NCBI GenBank assembly: GCA_041691135.1
Contig: JBEPVF010000002.1
Span: forward strand, 32,001-96,000
DNA length: 64,000 nt
Direction of reading: 5' to 3'
Source: Candidatus Peribacteria bacterium
GTDB taxonomy: Bacteria > Patescibacteriota > Gracilibacteria > Peribacterales > Peribacteraceae
Shown: one piece after another, positions 21,701 through 28,943 of the stretch
How the letters are laid out: each line of letters opens with the position of its first letter
Numbering within the stretch: the stretch's first letter is position 1
Made by a program: the position numbers and the translations under genes
The notes under the pieces: generated by a model
What the model was told of the DNA's origin: nothing
Database searches by the model: none
What the model saw: the letters and a program-made list of their open reading frames with translations, nothing else

Positions 21701-23767
21701 TTCCATGCGCTGCACGTCGGCGATATTGCTCCACGTACCGGCAGGTGTGATCGGTCGCGTATCGATACGCTCGATGCCGTAGGCGGCGCCCGGATCGGTG
21801 TACACATCAATGCGCGTGATATTGGCATCGATGTGCACCAATCCTGATCCGTCCACCGGAATGAGTCGATTGTTACCGCTGCTGTCGAGTGCGTATACAC
21901 GCGCCGTTCCCTGATTGCTCAGTCGTGTCACCGATACGGCAGACACGTACCGCGCACCGGTCCAGAACATCGAGATACGTCCTTCACCTTTCTTGGTCGT
22001 CTTGAAAACGCCATGGTCGTAGCCTGTTTCGGTCGAGATCACCGCACCACCCTGCTCGGCCAGAAAGCGATACGGCGCGTAGCTGGAGTACGCAAAGTCG
22101 CGTATGCCGTTGTCAGCTTCCACCGTCACGGTTCCGAATCCGGGTATCTGCACTGTCCGACTCATATCGCTCGTTACCTGATTCGGCGCCAATCCAATGG
22201 ATTTTTCGAGCGCGGGCAGCGCGGCTGCCGACGTATTGATCGTGCCGAGTGCCCGGGCGGCAGCGGAACCCGTCACATGCTGCTCCACTGCATCGGAGGT
22301 GAGTGTGCCGCGGAGCGCAGAGAGCGATAGAGAGCCGCCGAGATGATTCAGCGGTTGGGATAGCAGGCGCTGTGATGCACTGCCCGATACCGGACCGGCA
22401 AGCGTGACTGTCTCGTACCGGTCGACATCCGCTTCCAGAGACTCGAGCACTTGTTCCTGTTGCAGTACCGTTTCGTATTTCACCGTGAGCGATCCCTGCA
22501 CCGAAGCGAGCACATCATGATCTTTGGGTACAGCCTTGAAGAATGCGGTGTTCGTTGTTTCAAGATCGCCAGTCGCCGTCCGCATCATCATTAATGCGGT
22601 GCGCGCCGGTGTTCCGGTTGCGTAGCGGTTCAACATGCCATCGGATGTGTGCACCTTGGCACGCACCAACAGTGCGGCGATATCGTTCTGCAGAGATGCC
22701 AGCGCCAACCCGATCACCTGGTCCTGCTCGGAAGAAGCGGGTACCGGCACATCCGCCGCCGGTACCGCGCCCCATAGTCTCTGCGGTACGGTAAGCGTGA
22801 AGAGTTTGCCCGTCTGATCACCGCCGACCGCGCCTATGAGTAGGTGATTTTTAGGCGAGGGGTGGATGACTGACGCGAACTGCGGCGCCTGAAGCGTTTC
22901 GGGCTGTTGCTTCATCGGACTCTGCCCCATCGTCGTTGCATCAAAAAGGGTGATTTTGCCCTCGCGATCGGTGACATATAGGACATCGCCGATTGGCGAA
23001 AAAGTGACATCATTGATCTGCGCACCGGGGAGCGGTTGCACGACGCAGGCGCCGCTCTGTACGTTGATGACGCCGACATTCCCTACCTGATCGCCATACA
23101 CTATGAACTTGCCGCGCGGATCGACTGCGAACGAGACGACATGCTGTTGAACGGAGAAGCTCTGGCTGGCACCGGTGCCCTTGTCATAGACATTGATCGT
23201 CCGGTCGAGATAGGAAGCAACTTTCTTGCCATCGGGGAAGAAATACACGCCGTCTCCCGCTGAGGCAGTGACAGTCTGGCTCCCCGTGTCGAGGTCGAGC
23301 AGGAGAACCTGAGAACTGGCCAAGGCGAAGGCGACGGTCTTGCCATCCGGAGAAACTTCCATGCGTGCGCCCCAGTCGGGCAGGGAGAATTGTTTGAGCT
23401 GCTTACCGGAAACGGCATCCCATACGCGGCAAGTGCCGTCCTGAGCAAAGGAGATAATTTTGGTACCGGTAGGATCGTAGCTGCAGCGCCAGACTTGGGC
23501 AGTGTGGCCAGAGAGAGTGGTAAGAGGAGCGCCGGTTTTCCCATCGCGAATAATGATCGTATTCTGACCATAGGTAGTGGTAGCCAAATGCTGACCATCG
23601 GGACTGAGCGCAAGATCGACGAAGGATTCGGGCCCACGGTTGATATCCGCGTCATCCTGGGGTGTGAGATGCGGAATGGCAGCCAGCGTCGCATCAAAGG
23701 AGGCCAAGGAAGGCAGCTGTCTGTCCTCTAAGTACTCGACGCGTGGACCAGTAGAAAAACGAGGCAT
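18719..23767 (-). CDS. Large multidomain polymorphic toxin-like protein (LE.R.L N-terminal motif, WD40 propeller, M23-like domain, C-terminal DUF4258/BECR-like RNase)
   Basis: GHTAQV..WD and SPDG repeats; H....D / VHL / G..VG.VG M23 pattern; C-terminal YSKHAILSMKDDGV...VEDVL...VVVD..GRIITV; GC falls sharply at the 3' end. Confidence 0.8.
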   Translation of the reverse strand: MPRFSTGPRVEYLEDRQLPSLASFDATLAAIPHLTPQDDADINRGPESFVDLALSPDGQHLATTTYGQNTIIIRDGKTGAPLTTLSGHTAQVWRCSYDPTGTKIISFAQDGTCRVWDAVSGKQLKQFSLPDWGARMEVSPDGKTVAFALASSQVLLLDLDTGSQTVTASAGDGVYFFPDGKKVASYLDRTINVYDKGTGASQSFSVQQHVVSFAVDPRGKFIVYGDQVGNVGVINVQSGACVVQPLPGAQINDVTFSPIGDVLYVTDREGKITLFDATTMGQSPMKQQPETLQAPQFASVIHPSPKNHLLIGAVGGDQTGKLFTLTVPQRLWGAVPAADVPVPASSEQDQVIGLALASLQNDIAALLVRAKVHTSDGMLNRYATGTPARTALMMMRTATGDLETTNTAFFKAVPKDHDVLASVQGSLTVKYETVLQQEQVLESLEADVDRYETVTLAGPVSGSASQRLLSQPLNHLGGSLSLSALRGTLTSDAVEQHVTGSAAARALGTINTSAAALPALEKSIGLAPNQVTSDMSRTVQIPGFGTVTVEADNGIRDFAYSSYAPYRFLAEQGGAVISTETGYDHGVFKTTKKGEGRISMFWTGARYVSAVSVTRLSNQGTARVYALDSSGNNRLIPVDGSGLVHIDANITRIDVYTDPGAAYGIERIDTRPITPAGTWSNIADVQRMEGSAATLDFATTQTLVTRVQGRIASDRAGDVITAHVYCGGKEISSVAIPSSGVFDLKQPAGLSGVVFTHSQKSGALFVGGLSLESNGTQIAAPFAVLSPETSRDVGIVSAPQWEQGDYNYIESGRKKGVLYRTGGQDVWVNGSLLEGVENPDPSQYQLLRVNMRGSGSVNINQLYYVNQNTMSGDLQPLPKEWYRQLTAQTVVIFPGAPRHLVVGMNGKAPIEMPTFTAQGPSEADVMPSDASKLSADFLQWQIASSGGQEGWTDVPAMVSTRPVAAVAGTTLGALFSIKNDGLQGTSVMVRVHVGPTGTASDPVQKTFTGVMSGMQKQALRAIVTIGQIGDSVSIEVVPASGQPFLYTSRTTQPQPKQLRVVDKDGNLVMKDIVTPVTREQQINTARLYDKIGRYTDNAELRQLALDLVMADTQEKQRALYARLMNLPLETVVETPKLVASLVKAETGPDSIEQVASENGRIQALIVAALQGHLPVDKADGTWFIQEGSPGHVGIESNAVDINLQGGLNVDKGKTVRAMLDGIVVDIDEAEGRVVMRHEIPDPVSKDTIVFFVEFVHLQSINPDILGRQIAAGDSVGQVGKVGGTMTAEMHMNVVYPMAGQQDFDPQYASLDLRSMLAKQGINSRAAVAGSGLNIGGPEKSLDLKIVMNAGKTYSLEDNQAAPLGYTNAVNQYKSQQDLLNKCAESSPTSAIIGVQAAIQLSSTLGISSLPYEVGKRLIDVIVTMPNSWQTDIFDPVNKTLNNMITFLQTRMDKERQAVNNDKLSAVERTAHFAEFALYSSMQSFVAGVKLMTPENTSQLLISVATAEVLSPIVVKTLAVVLTKGEASAIPFITKIAAALKTGGKDAAEVLIKDEMSTVPKAGKGAVESLAVEVDTIEDVRSTIAKKITNYSTNEVTIGNYQYSKHAILSMKDDGVYPSFVEDVLKNGVKSIDTTTDELRYRFEISNFSFYRKNGTSTVKNLRVVVDGYTGRIITVTVFKKQS

Positions 23768-23998
23768 GGAGGGAGGTAAAACTGAACAACACCATGAAAC
23801 CAGACATCCGACCAGAGAGTGAGGCATTCTAGGAAAACCAAAAAGCTGATAACCGACTTTTTGGCTTTAAAAAGCCATGATTGGCGTTCTATGCCACCGT
23901 AGAACACCCCGCACTCACCCTCAAAAATACTCCTTCATCTGCCTTCTCCACTGCTTTATTGACTATTTTAATATTATATTGTATTTTATCATTTACAT

Positions 23999-24784
23999 AT
24001 GGTCCCCGCCTTACAATTCTCGGTCAGCGTGGCTTCGATGCTCATGGTGTTTTGGGTGTTCTTTGGAGCCCAACACACCGAAGAAACATCGGACAACAGC
24101 ACACCGGACAGATCGGGTGCAGCGGCCTTGTCCTATCTTCTTTTTGTTCCCTTCATTGCTCTCGGTGCAATGGTCGTGGGTATGTGGAAACTGGCCGAAT
24201 TTTTATGGAAAGGAGCATCGGATCTATGGGAATCGTCGGAGGACCACCGGCACCACGTACGGGATGCGATGCAACAGACAGCTACGACCATCAAGCACAA
24301 CCGTTTATTGCGTATCGGTATAGGTAAGCAGACATCAGACCCCACGGGAAACAAACACAGTCCGCGTCATGCGCCCGTCGGTGACGATAATAAAGAAGGT
24401 GCGGCCTTCGATGACGAAGAGGAAGAATTGCTCTCATCTGCACACAAACGACGCGACATCCGTCCCACTTACTGGCAACGACAAAAGATATGGTTCAATA
24501 CGCAACTTGAAAAAGATCCATGCATGGAAGAGGAAAAATCTTCCTCCAAGTATTCTTTGCCTGAAGAAGATTTACCGTCATTGATTCAACATACGACATC
24601 TTCATCGCTGCCGCCTTCCATCGAACAGATTGCGATGCGCACAATAGAGGAAAGAGAAGCGCCTCCTCGCACCCGCGAATCGCGCCGCGTACGCCTGCAT
24701 GCAGGCCCCGCCGATCACGAGGAATCACTCGTGCGTCTGCGACCAATCGGATGGCATATGCGGCAACGTATGCGGGCCATCTAA
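23999..24784 (+). CDS. Hypothetical membrane protein (2 TM plus charged tail)
   Basis: 261-aa ORF with two hydrophobic segments; no motif recognised. Confidence 0.55.
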   Translation: MVPALQFSVSVASMLMVFWVFFGAQHTEETSDNSTPDRSGAAALSYLLFVPFIALGAMVVGMWKLAEFLWKGASDLWESSEDHRHHVRDAMQQTATTIKHNRLLRIGIGKQTSDPTGNKHSPRHAPVGDDNKEGAAFDDEEEELLSSAHKRRDIRPTYWQRQKIWFNTQLEKDPCMEEEKSSSKYSLPEEDLPSLIQHTTSSSLPPSIEQIAMRTIEEREAPPRTRESRRVRLHAGPADHEESLVRLRPIGWHMRQRMRAI

Positions 24785-25002
24785 AAAATCTTGTCCTCCG
24801 AATCAACACTTAGACCTTCGTCGTAAATATCGGTACCGACTTCTTCATCAAACAATTCGTCGACATCATAGTCGAGCGATTCGTCTTCCTCATGTAGAAA
24901 AGACAAAGAGTGTGTCATAGGGAGCAGGGAAAAAGATAGAATGAGACTACCTATGACGCGACTTCTCTCGCGTCCTTACCAAATCCCGCACTTAGTGCGG
25001 AT

Positions 25003-25260
25003 TTACGGAAAGCGGAAATGGACGACCAAGCGGCCATGATTCTTCTCGTCGATTTCGATGCGATGGTATTTGTCGCGGATGCGCGGCTCGTGCAGAAAGC
25101 GAATTACGCGCCGCCGCAATTGTCCGCTCCCCTTCCCCGGAATAATTTCCACCAGCCGGATTTTCTTGGCCACCGCCAGATCGATCACACGGCCGAGCTC
25201 TTCGGCGATCGATTTGCCGTTATCGAAAATATCGTGGAGATCCAGAGTGAGCGTAGACAT
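25003..25260 (-). CDS. Stand-alone Smr/MutS domain protein
   Basis: LDLH, IIPGKGSGQLR..V..FL, N.G motifs. Confidence 0.9.
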   Translation of the reverse strand: MSTLTLDLHDIFDNGKSIAEELGRVIDLAVAKKIRLVEIIPGKGSGQLRRRVIRFLHEPRIRDKYHRIEIDEKNHGRLVVHFRFP

Positions 25261-25327
25261 AGCGTCAGTATATCAAGCGACGAATATTAATCGCGCCTTA
25301 ACCTGCTCTGTCTATACTCGTGATGCC

Positions 25328-25504
25328 ATGAACGAAATCCCACGCTCTCAACCGCTATTCAAACACTACACGCTCCAGGAACTCGATACGATTCTGGAGG
25401 AAGTCAATCGGTCCGTGGAATTCACGCCGGTGGCGATACCGGTACGACAACGAATCAAAGAGCGGCGAGAGCGGCGGAAACATTTGCCTGGTAACGCCGA
25501 CTGA
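25328..25504 (+). CDS. Small hypothetical protein
   Basis: MNEIPRSQPLFKHYTLQELDTILEEV..., 58 aa, fills the gap between two genes. Confidence 0.4.
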   Translation: MNEIPRSQPLFKHYTLQELDTILEEVNRSVEFTPVAIPVRQRIKERRERRKHLPGNAD

Positions 25505-25521
25505 TGAAGTGGCCTTCTTGC

Positions 25522-27801
25522 CTACACACGTAAAGCTGTCGGCAAATGAATGACCTTTGGTATGGATGAAGTCGACCTGAGAGGAAGACGGTCCTTGGCC
25601 CTGGCGACGAGGATGAAGAGACTATGATCAAAAGTATGGACACCCTTGCCGCCCCTGTCGCGTATATACGAATCAATATAATGATCGATTGCTTCCGGAT
25701 TGTTCCTCGCATTCTCTGGCAACAGATACATCATCATTTCGCGCAGGGCCGACAAACCTTCGTTCGTGTTTGTCGTGAGCGTAACAGTGGGGCGTGTCAC
25801 TTGTGTAGAATAGCCTTGGCGCTCAAGATGCTCGACATACCGTTGTGCAGAAGAATTTACTTCGCTACCTGCAAGAGTTTTTCGCAGGTGTGCCCGTGAT
25901 CCCGGCTCGCCTACCAAATCATTCAAGACACTGATCGATATGCCGTCTCTGTTCAAGTTGTCCTGAGTCCACTCCAGAACCTCTTTGTCTGTATCTCTGT
26001 CTCTCTCTTTAAGGAAATACAGTACGTGGCTCAGCAAAGCAACATCGGGTTGGGGCTCGAATTCCAAAGAATCAATAAGTTCGCCGATATTTCCGAATAC
26101 AGTTTCGAACGTCGGTGATTTCTTCTTTTCGAGCTGATGGTAACGCGTCATGCTCGCTTCCACTGCCACCGTATAACTAAACAGGTCTTCCAGGTATTCA
26201 GCGGTATGCCCATCCCATGCACCAATATCCAATAAGCGGCGCTCCGAAGGCGGCTTTGGACAGCGCTCAAAATGGGTCTCGATGATGGCACGAAGATTCG
26301 GATACAACAATCGATGCCTTTCAATTCTGCGCAGGGTTCCCGGATGAACGTACTGCCTCTGTACTTCTTTTTTATTACTCACGTGCGAAACTAAATGCTG
26401 TAATTTTTTAATAGAAGCCGGCGGGTCTTTGGCCAAGGAAATCGATGCTCTTTGAATGGAGCGAGCGGCACTGTGTTTGGTGTCTTCAAAAAATCGTAGG
26501 AAGAACGTCCCTAATTCATCAGCATCAGGATAGGTCCCAAGAAAATTGATCAACTGCGCGGCCTGAGCTTCACTTAACATTTTTATACATTCAGGTTCGT
26601 TCTCTATCTCCTTCTCAACATCAGTACCAAACAACCTGTCGGCCAGGGACTCTCCGCTCAACCGTTTATCTATGTTCTTTCCATCGCCTTCCGTATGCGT
26701 ACGAGCGACAATTTCTGCATCAATATCAAACTCTGCATTATAGCTTGGAAAAGGATCCAGCTGTGTCTGGACAGGCCTGTGCAAGATCTCAGACGACATG
26801 CCGCTCAATGGTAAATGACGAGAAACAGCCCCTTCATTCTCTGCAATCAGATCTGGAAGCACGGCACGGCGACGCGACGCCGATACAGTCTGCCTCAACT
26901 GCACATCCGACGGGGCAATCGAGGTATGCAACACCGAGCTTGGAACATCCGCTGTTCCATTTGTTACTTTTTGGTTTTGGTTCCGTTCGACGAGACCCCT
27001 GCCGTTGCCGCCGGGGTGATGGCCGTTTGCCTCAAATTCCGACGACGATTCGTCTGGCATCGGTTGCTCATCGTGTTCAATTTCCACTGGCAATACTCCA
27101 ATAGCTTCTTTACCAGCTCTCTCTTCCGCCAATAATAATTCCAACTCCACTGTGTCCGTAAGATGGGCACCAAAATCTCCGGAGGTATAAGTAGCGACGA
27201 CAAGATCAAAAGCATCTTCTACGTCTTGTGGCTGGATCTTGATTCCCTGCCCCTGCATACTTGCCACAAGCGCCGTGAGCTCACTGTCAAAAAGTTCACG
27301 AATTTCCTGCTTGGCTTGTACGCCAAAACCAATCATTTTTTCTTTGGTCGCAATGGAATCCTGTAAAGCGGGTGTCGCCAGCTCCTTCGCCAGTGGCATA
27401 AGTAAATCATCCACTCTGCGCGCCACATCCAAACACACCATCAATCGGGCGATATTTTCCGGAGATGCATCGCGTGCAATAGTCCGAATTTCTCCCTCGC
27501 GCGCTTTGAGCTGGAGTGCCGTGCGGATAGCAATCCGGATGGACGGCGAGGCGTGATCGGCAATATCCCATTCAACGGGAAATAAATTGACCGGCAGGTG
27601 AGTCGTTTCTTGCATCAAACAAGAAACCCGGTCTGTCATTTCGCTCTTATCCGTATTCCCGAGCAGAACCGTCTTTAATGACTCGAGAAGCTTGGCACGG
27701 TTTTCCCGAGCTGCACCGAGCCACGTGGCATACATTTCCATCTTTACAGACCTGTCATCTGCAGTGGATGGGCCGACCGATGACGAGAGGGATTCGGACA
27801 T
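25522..27801 (-). CDS. Class I SAM-dependent methyltransferase with N-terminal domain shared with the 706-aa sigma protein
   Basis: LLDIGAWDGH, VAVEAS, DVALLSHVLYF; N-terminus aligns with 31714..33834 (TVLLGNTD, PLAK..ATP.L.DS..TKE.M..FG). Confidence 0.85.
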   Translation of the reverse strand: MSESLSSSVGPSTADDRSVKMEMYATWLGAARENRAKLLESLKTVLLGNTDKSEMTDRVSCLMQETTHLPVNLFPVEWDIADHASPSIRIAIRTALQLKAREGEIRTIARDASPENIARLMVCLDVARRVDDLLMPLAKELATPALQDSIATKEKMIGFGVQAKQEIRELFDSELTALVASMQGQGIKIQPQDVEDAFDLVVATYTSGDFGAHLTDTVELELLLAEERAGKEAIGVLPVEIEHDEQPMPDESSSEFEANGHHPGGNGRGLVERNQNQKVTNGTADVPSSVLHTSIAPSDVQLRQTVSASRRRAVLPDLIAENEGAVSRHLPLSGMSSEILHRPVQTQLDPFPSYNAEFDIDAEIVARTHTEGDGKNIDKRLSGESLADRLFGTDVEKEIENEPECIKMLSEAQAAQLINFLGTYPDADELGTFFLRFFEDTKHSAARSIQRASISLAKDPPASIKKLQHLVSHVSNKKEVQRQYVHPGTLRRIERHRLLYPNLRAIIETHFERCPKPPSERRLLDIGAWDGHTAEYLEDLFSYTVAVEASMTRYHQLEKKKSPTFETVFGNIGELIDSLEFEPQPDVALLSHVLYFLKERDRDTDKEVLEWTQDNLNRDGISISVLNDLVGEPGSRAHLRKTLAGSEVNSSAQRYVEHLERQGYSTQVTRPTVTLTTNTNEGLSALREMMMYLLPENARNNPEAIDHYIDSYIRDRGGKGVHTFDHSLFILVARAKDRLPLRSTSSIPKVIHLPTALRV

Positions 27802-27899
27802 GAATGAGAAACGCAATGTACATCTTCTTGCCTCCCCGACAAGTAGCAACTGTCTCCGTAGCCTGCCTTTGGCAGGAGTAAGCAATAATTATCCACAGT

Positions 27900-27927
27900 C
27901 AAAGGGGCTTCTTGCGAAGCCCCTTTG
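27900..27927. terminator. GC-rich hairpin downstream of the HTH gene
   Basis: CAAAGGGGCTTC-TTGC-GAAGCCCCTTTG, 12-bp perfect stem. Confidence 0.6.
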
Positions 27928-27957
27928 CCCTTTGACAACGGTGAGTCGGCGCCACCC

Positions 27958-28761
27958 TCACTGGGCAGCAAACCGTTCGTACAGGATCTGTGCGACCACC
28001 TCCGGCGGAATGCGGAGGACGTAGCCGTCGCCATCCCGCTCGAGCAGCAGATCATGCTCGGCCAACAGCAAGAGTTCGTCTTCGGTCAAGGTGAAGGCCG
28101 GCTGAGGGCGAGTTGACTGTTTCGATGACGTTTTCACGGGCAGCTTCCCTTGAGAACCAGACAGGAGAGTACTGAGAGCCGACTTTGTTGCAGTGGTTGC
28201 AGGTGCCTTTTTGGGCGCCGCAGGAGTCCTCCTCACGTAGGATCGCTTGGAGGGCTTTCCCCCAGCTTGCGTTCCCAATGCCTTGGCAATCCGCTCGGCC
28301 AACTTCGCATCAAGTTCCTCTTCGTCGGCTCGGATCCCGGCGATCTTCGCGGCGAGGTCGGCCGCCTTGAATTCGGTATCCTCGAGCATCGATGCGAGCT
28401 TCTTGGCATCCAGCTTCCGCTCTGTCATCACCCGATCGAGGTCGGCAGCAGATTTGATGACGAGCGCCTTGCCCTTACCTTCCAGCTCTTCGAGCACCTC
28501 CCCGGGAGCAAGTTCGATGTAGAGAACCTTGGGGTCCTTAAGATCGAAGACCTTCAACAGGTGAGGAATCAGGCTGAGAGGGAGCTTGGACCCCCCAGTC
28601 CTGTACTGATTGATTCGGGATTGCAACTGCAAGGCGGTCGAACCGTCGTTGAGCAATTCTGCAATCCTCTTTGCCAGTTCGAAGACAGACAGCGCTGCAT
28701 CCGTGGTGAGCTTTTTCAAAGCTGCACCACGGGCCTTCTTCAAGGCCATGATATCCATCAT
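27958..28761 (-). CDS. Protein with two XRE-like HTH domains and a Lys/Ala/Pro-rich linker
   Basis: LSVFELAKRI...SRINQYRTG..KLP..I..LLKVF and LDAKKLA...AERIAKALG; SD-like GGAGG/GAGGAG upstream. Confidence 0.7.
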   Translation of the reverse strand: MMDIMALKKARGAALKKLTTDAALSVFELAKRIAELLNDGSTALQLQSRINQYRTGGSKLPLSLIPHLLKVFDLKDPKVLYIELAPGEVLEELEGKGKALVIKSAADLDRVMTERKLDAKKLASMLEDTEFKAADLAAKIAGIRADEEELDAKLAERIAKALGTQAGGKPSKRSYVRRTPAAPKKAPATTATKSALSTLLSGSQGKLPVKTSSKQSTRPQPAFTLTEDELLLLAEHDLLLERDGDGYVLRIPPEVVAQILYERFAAQ

Positions 28762-28817
28762 GATCTCTCCTCAGACCTCCAAACGCCTTTGCCCGGCGTT
28801 GTAGGCAGCCTCTCGAA

Positions 28818-28864
28818 TGAGTGGCTTTTTTTACACGTTCTTGACGCACAAGAAAAGCCACTCA
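28818..28864. promoter_or_regulatory. Inverted repeat upstream of the HTH gene (operator or hairpin)
   Basis: TGAGTGGCTTTT ... AAAAGCCACTCA. Confidence 0.45.
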
Positions 28865-28943
28865 TCTAACCGTTTTTATCAAAGAGCACTCAGATCGACA
28901 GGTCGACCTGAGTTGCGCATCTTCATGGAATGTTTTGCAGTAG

